A stretch of DNA of 64,000 nucleotides from Octopus sinensis (GCF_006345805.1 NC_042999.1:158844001-158908000), one strand, 5' to 3'; shown: positions 12,531 to 25,295, numbered from the stretch's first letter. Notes: a model not told the origin generated them from the letters alone. Numbers and translations are program-made.

Positions 12531-12864
12531 TTTCGGTAGCCGGCTTGAATACCATATAGCGTATAGAGTCACTAAAGGGGATTGAGTTGTTGTGGAAGTT
12601 TCCCTAAAGGAGAAATAAATGTAACATTTGTACTCGACGCAAACATTTGGCTCCTACATGAATGAGAATATGCGCTGTGTTGTTATACCTTCTTAATGTA
12701 ATAAGTATTTGAAATATATGAAATCTGTTCATCATTTCCAATAAATGAATACAAATTTGTAGAATTGTTTGTTGAAGTTAGATCCATTTATCTTTCTTCT
12801 TAAGAGTATCTCACCTTTCACCCTGGAAAACATTTTCACTTTCTATTCCTAATAAAAAGTACAT

Positions 12865-12990
12865 TTTCAAATTTTGCCAAAAGGACAGCTATTTCACAGG
12901 TACTTAATTTATCGACCCCGAAAGGATGGAAGGCAAAGATGACCTCGGTTGAATTTGAACTCAGAACGTAGCGGCAGACTAAGTACCATT
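12865..12990 (-). mobile_element. SINE family B, partial
   Basis: ggtacttaatttatcgaccccgaaaggatg..gaatttgaactcagaacgta. Confidence 0.8.
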
Positions 12991-13109
12991 ATTTAGACAC
13001 TTAGCATAGTTTCAGCCAGAATTGTCCGAGGCCATGAACTAGCGTAATAGCGCCACCTAGAAAGGACATTTAATGATTTTTCATATTTCAGTCATCCTTT
13101 GGGCACCGT

Positions 13110-13790
13110 AGTCCTTTCAAGTAAAGTGTTATTGTTTGCAGAGATATATCTAGGTGTCAGTGGTTTATCCTGAATTTGTTGGTGATATTCGTCCAGGAAT
13201 CGTTTGAATGTTATAAGATCTTTTCCTTCGTTAATGTCTTATGGTATGATACTGGATTGGAAGCACTCCATCGGTTACGAAGACGAGGGTTCCGGTTGAT
13301 CCGAATCAAAGGAACAGCCTGCTCGTGAAATTAACGTGTAAGTGGCTGAGCACTCCACAGACACGTGTACCCTTAACGTAGTTCTCGGGGATATTCAGCG
13401 TGACACAGAGAGTGACAAGGCCGGCTCTTTGAAATACAGGTACAACAGAAACAGGAAGTAAGAGTGAGAGAAAGTTGTGGTGAAAGAGTACAGCAGGGAT
13501 CACCACCATCCCCTGCCGGAGCCTCCTGGAGCTTTAGGTGTTTTCGCTCAATAAACACTCACAACGCCCGGTCTGGGAATCGAAACCGCGATCCTATGAC
13601 CGCTGGGCCATTGCACCTCCACGGTATGATACTAAAGAGAGTAAGACTAGTTAAAGTGAAAGTGTTGTGACTTGGCGCAAGCACGATTTCTGTAGAGGAT
13701 GGCACAGGAACCAAGCCTTGAGTGAATTTTAAGCCAACATTATTTGGTCAATGCTGTTAAAATAATTTCCATTTGATATAGCAGTCACGG
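13110..13790 (-). mobile_element. Decayed CR1-like LINE 3' fragment, interrupted by a SINE
   Basis: Minus strand gives ..DLITFKRFLDEYHQQIQDKP..PRY..NNNTL, parallel to the CR1 C-terminus at 50075-50561. Confidence 0.5.
13254..13622 (-). mobile_element. tRNA-derived SINE (gtggaggcgcaatgg head, tail type 1) with 11-bp TSD
   Basis: TSD ggtatgatact at 13243-13253 and 13623-13633. It has a small internal deletion in the head. Confidence 0.93.
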
Positions 13791-13934
13791 TGCCATAGGA
13801 AGGAATAAAGTTTCAGCTTCTCGAGCTGATACTAACAATCAAAACCTGTCATGTCAACTCTGCTTATGTGATTGATATTTTGGGTGCTTCAAGTTTTCTA
13901 TTCAGTTGCTTAGGGAGACCACAGTGAACAATAA

Positions 13935-14065
13935 AGTTTGGCACGAGATCAAAATTTCAATGGTCCTTATTGCTTGACTGGTACTTTATATTATCGATCC
14001 CGAAGGATAAAAGCAGACAACGTTGACTCCAGCTTGATTTGGACGCAGAACTTAAAAAGCCGGAA
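13935..14065 (-). mobile_element. SINE family B, decayed partial
   Basis: ggtacttt..atcgatcccgaagg..gcagaac. Confidence 0.65.
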
Positions 14066-14111
14066 CAACAACAATAACAACAACAACATTGATATATAGT
14101 AACACAATTAT

Positions 14112-14177
14112 TTGAGCAGTAGATAAAATGTTTGACATTATGCATGTTGAGCAGTAGATAAAATGTTTGACATTATG
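14112..14177. repeat. 31-bp direct duplication ttgagcagtagataaaatgtttgacattatg with a 4-bp spacer
   Basis: Direct reading. Confidence 0.9.
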
Positions 14178-14388
14178 ATATTTAATATCATTAGAAATAT
14201 ATTATAAAGGGAAACGTCGTCAGTGTAAATTCTGAAATGAAAAATTGATTTGACAAATATTCATCATTATTTTGTTTATATTTTTTATATATATTCGTCC
14301 CGCTTTTTCTTGCCAATGAATTAGAATATGCTTCGTCAAAAATGGATAAATTAAACGAAAGCTGACTTCTCTTACTAGCCCGCTTTTG
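14177..14388 (+). repeat. ~210-bp duplicated segment, copy 1
   Basis: Highly similar to 19964-20177, not a recognisable SINE. Confidence 0.9.
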
Positions 14389-16080
14389 TATCCCGTACTT
14401 TAAGAATCTGGTCGGGTGTACTTTGCCTTTTCATATTAGAAGTTCGCTAAAATAATGACTAGTAAATTAATGAACAATACCAATGTATAAAAGTTCTTTC
14501 GTTAGTAATTCGTTTTTAAGAATATTTTGCTATCAGTAGGGAGAAGAACTGGAGTAATACAATAAAAGTCGCTGCTGTATCAGTAATAATTTTTACAAAC
14601 CACAAATCATTATTTGTAGTACTCAATAATATTAAGTTACATTTTCATTAATTCATATTCGGTGAATTAAATGCTGACGACATTCTTATATCGGATATTA
14701 AATTACTTGCATTCTTATGTTATTTCATTTACCAAATACAACTTCTCTTTCAATATCCGCATTAACAATCACAAATTGTTTTCTCTAGTTATTTGGAAAA
14801 CAACAGATTCCAGAATAGATTACCATAGAAACGCATACATTTAATGTCGCTAAGATATAGACAAACACATAGAAAAACACAAACACATAAGCATACGTAA
14901 TCACACAGAGTATGTAACGGAATCCTGCAATCTTGCACTGTACATCATCGTACCATTTTCGTGAATTTCTGCAAAACACTTTTTATGAAAATCCTTTAAT
15001 CCTATTTATCATGAAAATATTATAAAAATCCGTTTATATGCTCTACTTTTCTTTTGTTATTTGCATTAAAAAGTCGTCTTTGTAGTTTGTGTCACTGGAA
15101 CATTTGTAAACGAACAATCTTCTAACTATCAGTGTTTATCAGAAATTTGCTTGTACCATACACTCTACTTTCTCTGCATTAATGGCATATTCCTTGTTGA
15201 TTGTAACCAATAAAACTCGTGAGGATAATCTCTCGGTCACAAGCGTAACGTCATGCGACTGTATCCCTTTCACGTACACTTTTCAGTGCATCGTTAAATA
15301 AGCTGCAAAGAGCTTGCATTATGAATGCGACACTTTATTCTCCTTCAGCAGAACTTAAATATAATTGTTACATTTACCAAGGAAACAATCCTACAAAATT
15401 GAACAAAACTGAACATTTCTTATCAATGTTAGCTTTCACAATAATGGATGGATTTTTACACACACCACATCACTATAGCCAAAGAAAAATTGCTTGGTTT
15501 GTTTTTACTTCAATTCTAAAGAGCTTCTAAAACCCAAGGAGCTGTGTGCCATCCATCCTAGCATATTGCCAACAGAATTGTGGAAATGTGAGGTGCCGCT
15601 CCGCACAGAATCACTCTACATAATATCCTAACATAAAATTCCTAGAGGTGCCCGAATCCTTTCCCTAGAACAAACTTCTGTCACACTAACTCACAGCATT
15701 ATATCATTTATACTATCCTGGTTCCTATTTCATTAACCTGCACCACAATACTATGTACCAGTCTTAGATAAGCATTTCAAATTAACAGGTCTCTCCTTTT
15801 CTGGCTGTTTCAGCCAGACGTCATCCGCACTGAGCACTTCTGGAGAATCTCTTTCCAGTTCATGTTCCCTCTATCAATCTATATTTATAGAAATATATAT
15901 TTATAGAAATATATATTTATAGATCAGCCTCACTACTATTTCTGCTTCACCTACACCGCACTGTTCAAGAACTGAAATGCAAAAAGACGCGAGGAAACAT
16001 AATCTTGTTCGTTTCCTCCAAAACAATTTCCCGTATAAGTATCTTATTAGTCTTGTATTTTTTAAATATTTAATATCTTT

Positions 16081-16293
16081 AAGATGGTGAGGTCGCAGAA
16101 TCGTTACTGCGTCGGACAGAATGCTTAGCGGCATTTCTTCCGACATTACGTTCTGAGTTTAAATACCACCGGGGTCTACCTTGCCTTTCATCCTTTCAGG
16201 GTCGATAAAATAAGTACCAGTTTAGTACTGAAGTCCATTAATCGACTTACCTACTGCACCAAAATTACTGGCCTTGTGCCAAAATTTGAAATC
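16081..16293 (+). mobile_element. SINE family B
   Basis: Full-length consensus match. Confidence 0.9.
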
Positions 16294-16918
16294 AATACTC
16301 GATATATATTTATGCGAAAAGCTTGTATCATTTTGTTCAATTTTAAAAAAATGTAATTTTGTTTTTAGCTTTCTAATATCATATATTCTGTCAACAAGAT
16401 TCTCTTTAACAACTGGTAGATATTTATGTGTTGTTTCTGAGTTCTCAAAACCAGTATATGTAGAAATGTTTCACTCAAAGACAGCAAAATAAAAATAAAC
16501 AAAGATAAATTCGAGAATTTATCCGGTTAAAGTTGATAATATAACTTCAATATGTTTTCTTTGCTATAATCGGATTGTTATAATGCTTTGCTTGAATACT
16601 GTTTTTGTCAAGTGAATTTATCTCATAAAATTCTGATGCAGATAATCAGTCTTAGAGAAGAGCAGATAATCTTAATACCTCATTAGCCCAACTATCAAAT
16701 ATGTCCCTTTCACATAAATAACCGCTAGTCTGCGAGTAGGTAACTTGGCAAGATACTGGGCTGATAAATGGAAAGAATGTAACAAAAACAGAACTGCAAC
16801 AACCGACGATCATAACATTCAAAAGAGTCTGACTGCAGAAGAATTCATAGTTTTTCCTTTTCCTTCGACTTTTCTATTGAATCTATGAAATTTTTTAGAT
16901 TATTGGTAGTAACCAATA

Positions 16919-17338
16919 CGCGCAGGAGTGGCTGTGTGGTAAGTAGCTTGCTAACCAACCACATGGTTCCGGGCTCAGTCCCACTGTGTGGCATCTTGGG
17001 CAAGTGTCTTCTGCTATAGCCCCGGGCCAACCAATGCCTTGTGAGTGGATTTGGCAGACGGAAACTGAAAGAAGCCTGTCGTATATATGTACATATATAT
17101 ATATATATGTATGTGTGTGTATATGTTTGTGTGTCTGTGTTTGTCCCCCTAGCATTGCTTGATAACCGATGCTGGTGTGTTTACGTCCCTGTCACTTAGC
17201 GGTTCGGCAAAAGAGACCGATAGAATAAGTACTGGGCTTAAAAAGAATAAGTCCCGGGGTCGAGTTGCTCGACTAAAGGCGGTGCTCCAGCATGGCCGCA
17301 GTCAAATGACTGAAACAAGTAAAAGAGTAAAAGAGTAA
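16919..17338 (+). mobile_element. SINE family A
   Basis: Full-length. Confidence 0.95.
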
Positions 17339-17680
17339 CCCTATGTTGGAATTATTCTCCATTACCCTATGTTAGAATTATCAAGCACAATTAACAGACT
17401 GAGTAGAATTCTTACTCCCCTATGAGGAATTTTACGAAGATCTAACATGCATGCACATAATGACACATACAGACACATTATCACTGCAAATATTTAAGAA
17501 AGAGTGAAAAACAAAGAGATCTATTGCATTAAGTATACAAACTTGATTAAAGCATTTGTTATGGTGATAGTAGTTTAATAACGTAAAGCATTATGTTAGT
17601 GAAAATTAATGCAGAAAATAAAGTCAAGGATATGTTTGAGGTGGTCTACGATAGGAAGAAGTATATACACATTCAGAGGT

Positions 17681-17986
17681 TCTTTGTTCCTTCTCGAGCC
17701 ATTCATGGCTCATAAGGGCCGGTTTCCCAGTTTCTTGGCGTATAGGTTCTCCACCTGGACGGGACGCCGGTCCGTCGCAGGTGAGCCACTAGATGCAGGA
17801 GGAAAAAGTGAGAGAAAGTTGTGACGAAAAATTCAGCAGAAGTTCGCCATTACCATCTGCCGGAGCCGCGTGGAACTTAGGTGTTTCGCTCATAAACACA
17901 GACACATCGCCCGGTCTGAGATTCGAACTCGCGATCCCTCGACCGCGAGTCCGCTGCTCTAACCACTAGGCCATGTGCCTCCACAA
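17681..17986 (-). mobile_element. tRNA-derived SINE (same head as 13254 copy) with tail type 3 (cctggacgggacgcc), 10-bp TSD
   Basis: TSD attcagaggt at 17671-17680 and 17987-17996. Confidence 0.9.
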
Positions 17987-18382
17987 ATTCAGAGGTGAAA
18001 TGAAATGTACCTATAGAAATATCAAGTTGGTTCGAAGTTACTTGTTGAAGTAGAGGAAGTATTTGTTTGACCCAATCTAATGGTGGTTATAAAGATATGT
18101 GTGACTTAGAATTTAGAGATAGATATATTTTGAATACGATGATCAAGTAGATTGTCTATAGTAAAATGCATTTGTCTTTGTAATACTGTTGTTATATAAA
18201 GTTTTAATAGTATTGTATAGGATAGAACTTACAAAGTTATATGTACTAATAATAAAATTACTTGTTTAGTTTAGGGTAAAATGAAAGTTTGCATAATGAA
18301 TAAATTTACAGGTAGAATTTTTTTTTATTACAATGATCAAATAAGGTGGGAATGAAGAAGCACATATCGTAGTACAAGCATT

Positions 18383-18596
18383 GATTTCAAATTTTGTCAC
18401 AAGGCCAGCAATTTCGAGGAAGGAAGGCATGTCAATTACATGGACTTTAGCACTCGAATGGTACTTATTTTATCGATCCAAAAGGATGGAAAGCAAAGTC
18501 GATCTCGGCTTCATTTGAACTCAGAACGTAAAGACGGACGAAATGTCGCTAAACATTTTGCTTAGCGTGCTCACGATTCTGCCAGCTCACCGCCTT
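18383..18596 (-). mobile_element. SINE family B
   Basis: Full-length consensus match. Confidence 0.9.
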
Positions 18597-19963
18597 CGTA
18601 TGGTATCAAATATAAAATACAGATGTAGAATGTAAAAAAGAATTCGGTTTCAAATACTATATTAATGGTTATATGGCATATGTAGGAAGTTAGTATTTCG
18701 ATTTTACTGTTTTTGGTAGATTAAATGTCTTAAAAGATTAATGCATGATGTAAATTTCATAATATACACGCTGAGTTGCCGTTAAGATGTGGGGTAGGAC
18801 ATTTCTAAACACTCCATTTGCAAGCTCTTTTGTTGCTTGTGTAATATTTAGCAAAGAAGAGAAGTTTCATATATGAGCACTGGAAATTATTTGATTTGAG
18901 AAACCAGTTATTTTTCGAATAAGAAGTATTGCTGCTTCTATTGATACAAGAATGCTCGATGTTGCTGAAGTTGAATAAATTGTTGTCTGTTGTTCGTATG
19001 AGACCGATTTTGTATACAAAATCATTGAGGTTACACTGACGATCTACTTGGCGTAGGTTATGGTTAAACTATTTCAAATGAGATCATTAGATGTTGTCAT
19101 TGATTTTAGTTTGCACGGGTTGAAATTGGTTAAAGTATGTGTGACTATCTGCTTTGCTTAATGAAATAGTAATTTTAACATAGTTTATTGGAAATATAAA
19201 TTTTCGTTTTTCACTTAAATGGAATATATCAGAAGTAAATAGATGTATTGCTGGTTCGACGACAGTTAACAACAGATAATTGTTTCTTAATGCCAAATTT
19301 TATTGGAGAAAATATATATTCTCAGAATTTTTGAAGGAAACTTATTACGTAGTATGTTTTAGTATGTGTCGAGGAAATTATCTAATAAGCAAGTTTATGC
19401 TATTTCCATATAGTTTTGTTGTGGTTTGCGTAATAAAGTATGAGTTTGAACATTTTACTTGCAGTGTATATCAAGACTGTTATGTTTGAACTGTTTCAAT
19501 AGTTCCACGAACAGTAAAACCTTAACAAATTACTTTGGTTAAAACAAAGAACAGTGTTCTACTTTACAGGCAACAGATTTCGTAAGTTTTTTCTAAATAA
19601 TAAATATTTATTACAGAATAACTGTAGCATAAATTTGACACACAAGAACATGGAGAAATAATAATTAAAGTTGGTTATCTCTCTCATCGACCTTAATTAC
19701 ATATATAGAGTATTACGGCTGCAACTGGAAATAAATAAAGGTGAGATTCTAACATTAGTTAGACAGCAACCATTCATAGATATGTTAGAATTACAATTTT
19801 CGTAGAAAAAGTTTGATTATAGGAAATCGAGACAGTCGTACCATATGGAAACAAAATGTAATGCTCAAGTAAATATGAATTAAATTAATTTGATTTAAAT
19901 TCTGAATGATATTACATACTTGGGTTTTTCTGGGCTTAGTTCTCTATTTATAGTAGTCAAATT

Positions 19964-20177
19964 GATATTTTATATCATTAGAAATACATTATAAAGGGAA
20001 ACATCGTCAGTGTAAATTCTGAAATGAAAAATTGATTTGAGAAATATTCATCATTATTTTCTTTATATTTTTTTATATATATTCGTCCCACTTTTTCTTG
20101 CCAATGAATTAGAATATGCTTCATCAAAAAGGAATAAATTAAACGAAAGCTGACTTCTCTTACTAGCCCGCGTTTGT
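19964..20177 (+). repeat. ~210-bp duplicated segment, copy 2
   Basis: See 14177-14388. Confidence 0.9.
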
Positions 20178-21385
20178 CTATGTTAAGCAAACAATGAAAT
20201 CGAATGATGTTGTTGATATTATTTGCTATGTTTAAATTTTAAAATGTCCTAGAACTTTCTTTCTTTCTACAAATATTGCTTAGAAATCAATCGATCGATC
20301 TTTTCAACTTACTATATTAGGTCACATGAGACAATACCGTATTTTATTTTATGTGCGGAACGATTTTACTAGGTATTTTCCCACAGCTCGCTTCATGACA
20401 ATTGATGTGTCTTCCATTATAATTTTGTATTACATTATGTAATTAAAATACTTAAGTGAATAGCAAGTAACTGAATGTCTAATTAATCGATCCACAGATT
20501 CCTTATTATTATCAAATATGACAACAGCATATTTGAGGAATTCAATTCAACGTTATATGGAGAGAATTAATTTTCTATTTTTACTATATCCAGTAAGCAT
20601 ACTATCGCTCTAAATGAGTTTCCTAAGATTTCAAATACTTTCGATGAATTCTCTTTATAGTTCTAAAACCTCAATAAGCCATGGGAGCTCAGAATTATAT
20701 AATGCGACATTTACCTCATCAAGAAGCGTTTTACAGCTATTTCAAAAAGCAATTCTAATTCGGACGTTCTACTTCGTGGCTGCTCTACCAATACAAAAAC
20801 AGCATCTTGAGCAATAGAAATCCATTCTGTGATGTTCATTATTTCTTAAGAACAGCAATAATGCAAGCAAAACGGAAATTGCAAATAGATGCAAATGACT
20901 AATTTAAGGAAATTTGCCTTAAGCTTTGTTCACCGAAGAAAAAACTGAAAACGTATAAGCTTAGTGAATAAGATAGACGAAATACTAAGCTCTCTGAAGA
21001 TACAGTTTCGATTCGCTTTCTACTCAGCTTCGCAAATATTGCAATTAAAACGCCATATCACCGTTACGCTCGCCAACAAATCTTTATCACAAATGCATTT
21101 GCTCATATACCATACTACTTATGGAAGGCTAATACTTTATTATATCCAATGATTCTAGATTATTATTACTATTATATTATTTATTTATCGATATTTGTAA
21201 ATATATATTCTATAATTATTCAGATTTCTCTAATTTTATGTGAACACTTACATCATTAATCTATCACTGAGCCCCTTTAAATTTTGGCTTACTTTTACAT
21301 TTATTATATCAATGGACATGGAAAACATATCAATAAGCAAAAAGATGAACGGATTTCCTTCAGTCTCCACGATGAGTATTCGAAC

Positions 21386-21570
21386 AGGCTTGACTGTGTG
21401 GTAAGAAGCTTGCTTCATAACTACATGGTTCCGGGTACAGTCCCGCTGCGTGGCACCTTGGACAAGTGTCATCTACTATAGCTTCTGGACGACCAAAGTC
21501 TTGTGAGTGAATTTGGTAGACAGAAACTAAAACAAGCCCGTCGTATATATATATATATATATATATATAA
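21386..21570 (+). mobile_element. SINE family A, 5' half ending in its (TA)n
   Basis: Head and CORE present, second module absent. Confidence 0.88.
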
Positions 21571-22823
21571 CAAAAAAAGAGTGAAAAAGCTAAAGAAAGC
21601 TTGTGTTATATTGTTAAAGAATATAATTAAGCCGTTATGTTAGAAAAATGTTATAAAATGTTGCGTATAGTAACATAGTTTTTGGAGAAATACGCGGTTT
21701 CGTATTTTATTTTCAAATTGCTCCAATTTCTTTACCTATATCGTGTCATGTCTTCGCTATATTGTGAAATATGGAGTTCCAGGCTGGGGAAGGTAATCAG
21801 GGATTGTTTCCGGTATAAGGAAGATAATCAAACATGTTGGGAATGACTAATTAAACATGATTTGGTTTAGAAGGAATAGAATGTTACAAGTGGTTAGGTT
21901 TTGCTTTATATTTGTTTCAATGAGGTGAGTTTCCTTATTTAAAAATGTTAGAAATGGTTAAGTTCTGGCTTATATTTTTTAATGAAGAAGGTTTCCTTAT
22001 TTAATCTACTTGTGCCGGTGTTCCAATGGCACATTGATAGAATGGAAAGATTATAAATTGTGGTAGTAGTTGCTTTGCGCATTTCTCAATATGTTCAGTA
22101 AATAGTATCATTCTCTATCCTGGAAATGCAATCTGCTGTCGATGCAGATAGCATCTGCGTCTAAGCGATAATCCAGCGGACTCTATGTAGCTTTGGTGGC
22201 AGACCGAAGATCTTATGACATAAATCAGGTTTTCTGAAGCACAATAAAATTCGATTTGATTTTGAATTTGTGTCCCTCTTTGAAGAGGAATTCTGATCCT
22301 TCTAGAAGGTTTGGGCATGTTGCGCAATTTGTTCTACCACATTTGTTTTACTTTTACATCCGTTATTTTAGAAAATATTTTTGTATTTGTGAGGATCTTT
22401 TTTAGTGATTTAGGTTGTTTGTAGCTTTTAATGATTTTATGTATGTGTAAAATTTCCTTTAATTTGGGGTCCTTATGTAGCATTGGTAAATTCTGGGTGA
22501 TGATGGTGAAGGCTTCTTTGTTTCTGGGGTTGTATGTGGATATGTACGGCAGTATTTACGGGGAAGGTGTGTTGCTGTGTTGAACCTTTCTTAAGGGTCT
22601 ATGTCGATTTGTATGGCACGTCGGATTCCATCCTCTATGCGTTGAACTGGGTAATGATTGTCAATTAGGGTGTTTTGAATTCTAGCAATCTAATGTTTCT
22701 GGTATTTTGTTCTGACACTATTGTGCACATCCTTCTTGCAAGGTTGAAGGAGATGTTTGTTTTAGTGTGTCTTGGGTGGCATGAATCAAAAAGTAGATAT
22801 TGTTTGGCGTCTGTGGTTTCCAG
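21571..22823 (-). mobile_element. 5'-truncated Penelope-like element (RT thumb + GIY-YIG endonuclease at 21956-22823, then 3' non-coding region)
   Basis: TDAKQYLLFDSCHPRHTKTNISFNLARR..LPYISTYNP..KCGRTNCATCP..CASENLIYVI....CHQSYIESAG.SLRRR..LH..ETFFIKKYKPELN, with stops and frameshifts. The extent of the 3' non-coding part is inferred. Confidence 0.9.
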
Positions 22824-22904
22824 AATACAGAATGATACCCTTTAGTAAACATATTGAGAAATGTGCAAAGCAACTACTACCACAAGTTATAATCTTTCCA
22901 TTCT
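22819..22904 (+). repeat. Inverted copy of an internal 3' segment (22039-22125) at the PLE 5' end
   Basis: agaatgata..aacatattgagaaatg(t/c)gcaaagcaactactaccacaa..tataatctttccattct occurs on both strands. Confidence 0.9.
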
Positions 22905-22970
22905 GTCGATTAAAGACGATGCTCCAGCATGGATGCAGTCAACTGACTGAAACCAGTGAAAGAACTAAAT
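22905..22970 (+). mobile_element. SINE family A 3' tail fragment
   Basis: gtcgattaaagacgatgctccagcatggatgcagtcaactgactgaaacc. Confidence 0.8.
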
Positions 22971-23430
22971 TGCCTACGTATTGATTTATAAAGTAAATGT
23001 CTGAATATTCCACTGACACTTGTACCTTTAACATTCCTCTTGATTAATGAGACACAGTGTATCATAACATTGGTCTTTGAATATCTCGTACAGTCCATCA
23101 GGGGAGGGAGTTCCATAATTTCTCTCTAGCTCCATTTCACACACAAGGCTTGAGTTCATTCGAAGCTATAGTAAAAGACACTTGTTCAGTGCATTACCCA
23201 GTATGGCACAATACAAGAAGCCGTGAATTGGAGTAAACTTCTTAATCACACGTGTATGGTTACGCCAAATAAATACAAACTATAAGATACACGGGGCCCG
23301 CGAGATTAACGCAGTTTTAGTAAACCAACAGGGAATCTGTCCTACGGATTTACACGAAACCGAAATAAACAGCAAGAACACGCAAATATAATGTATAAAG
23401 AAAATATGGAAAAATTCTCACACATTAATT

Positions 23431-23497
<67 letters not shown>

Positions 23498-23502
<5 letters not shown>

Positions 23503-24423
23503 ACAATTTAATAAATAAAATATATGCATACATACATATATGTACGTACCTACATCTATATGTATATATACATGCATATATATATATATATATATATATA
23601 TCGCATGGCTCAGTGGTTAGAGCGTCGAGCTTACGATCGTGAGGTTGTGAGCTCGAATCCCGGACCGGGCTGCGTGTTGTGTTCTTGAGCAAAGCACTTT
23701 ATTTCACGTTGCTCCAGTTCACTCAGCTGTAGAAATGAGTTGCGACGTCACTGGTGCCAAGCTGTATCGACCTTTGTCTTTCCCCTGGATAACATCGGTG
23801 GCGTGGAGAGGGGAGGCTGGTATGCATGGGCGACTGCTGGTCTTCCATAAACAACCTTGCCCGGACTTGTGTCTAGGAGGGTAACTTTCTAGGTGCAATC
23901 CCATGGTCATTCATGACCGAAGGGGGTCTTTACCCTTTATATATATATATATATATATGAGTACAGGACATCACAAATAAACGTAGAACACAACGAGAAA
24001 CGAAAACATAAAAACGGACTTTTTTTAACAACGAAAAAACAGAGTACAAGACAAAAAATACAAGGAATATTCCCCTTCATCTGCTGCCCCTGGTCCGACT
24101 CTCGAAACATGCATTGAGTCGAACCAGGGGCAGCTGATGAAGAGGAATATTCCTTGTATTGTTTGTCTTGTACTCTGTTTTTTCGTTGTTAAAAAAAGTC
24201 TGTTTCCTAGTTTGTTTTTATGTTTTCGTTTCTCGTTGTGTTCTACGTTTATTTGTGGTGTCCTGTACTCATATATATATATATATGCATGTATATATAT
24301 ACATATAGATGTAGATACGTACATATATGTATGTATGTATGTATATATGTATATATCTTATTTATTAAATTGTTATTATATGACTGAGCACCCTCGCGTC
24401 GTTTCGTTTCTTTCCTCCAAGTA

Positions 24424-24427
<4 letters not shown>
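23498..24427. repeat. Large inverted repeat of a PLE-like terminal sequence (arms 23498-24101 and 24116-24380), left arm interrupted by a SINE
   Basis: The arms are reverse complements across a 14-nt spacer (24102-24115) and are related to the 314-bp repeats at 33756 and 34621. Confidence 0.9.
23602..23938 (+). mobile_element. CORE-type SINE with tail type 4, inserted in (TA)n
   Basis: gcatggctcagtggttagagcg head, ttgtgttcttgagcaaagcactttatttcacgttgctccagttcactcagctg CORE-like block. Confidence 0.92.
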
Positions 24428-24467
<40 letters not shown>

Positions 24468-24679
24468 AACAAATACATGCATGCATATATGCATTCATAT
24501 ACATACAAACACACGCACACAAACACACACAGACATATACATGCATGTGTGTGTGTGTATGTGTGTGTATGTGCCGGAATGATTTAATAGATATTTAATC
24601 AGGTTAAAAGATTCTAAGACCCCACGTGTCCTTCCTTAGAACTACGTGCAAGACATTTAGAATCTTTCTCTAGATTATA

Positions 24680-24970
24680 TATTTTAAGAGACTTCTTCAG
24701 TCGACATATATTTCAATACCTATTTCCATTCAACAGTGGGGTCGCATAGATCAGGTTACATTCAGCAGCGGAAACACAATTGCCTGATATTCCAATAAAG
24801 AACATATCTCCACCTCAGTAGTAGAGAACACTCATCAAAGCTACTAAATATCCTAGGCCTCACAGTCCCTAATGGTCTTTCCTGGAGCTCTCATATCCAT
24901 AGTATTGCAACAATTGCATCTTCAAATCTTGGTTTCCTTTTAGGGACACAAATTAATTTAGCTTCCGACA
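24680..24970 (+). mobile_element. Decayed CR1/Jockey-group RT C-terminal fragment
   Basis: IQQWG..VTF..NT and LNILGLTVPNGLSWSSHIHSIATIASSNLGFL. Confidence 0.55.
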
Positions 24971-25025
24971 GTCACTCAATTGAAACTAACTGCAGAAAGC
25001 TGCTTACACTCTGAGGCAATCATGA

Positions 25026-25074
<49 letters not shown>

Positions 25075-25264
25075 GTGTGTGTGTGTGTAAGCAATGTTTC
25101 TTGTCACTTCAACATGACTGTTGAACCGACTTTACTACAATTTTTAAACGCAAGAGGAAGCTTCCTCTAGCTGGTTATCGACACGATCTGCACCGCACAT
25201 ATATTGCGAGCAGGGCAGCAAAACCCTACCTTTTTTTAGCGATTTTACCGGACCAGCATATTTA

Positions 25265-25295
<31 letters not shown>

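Larger units (their letters stand above)
11470..12850 (+). repeat. Old local duplication, copy 2, interrupted by a SINE A and a 390-bp insertion
   Basis: Alignment to 10335-10915 resumes after each insertion. Confidence 0.85.

Noticed and set aside
13048-13060. CTCF-like site (reverse strand CTAGGTGGCGCTA)
   Set aside because: Only the 3' half of the motif matches and the CCAC part is missing. One partial hit in 64 kb is expected by chance.
14785-14979. GPCR-like peptide WYDDVQCKIAGF..ILCVIT, or in another frame a Cys-loop-like IHENGTMMYSAR
   Set aside because: No DRY/ERY, no correctly spaced further helices, no usable splice donor, and stops in the flanking frame. AT-rich DNA yields hydrophobic peptides by chance.
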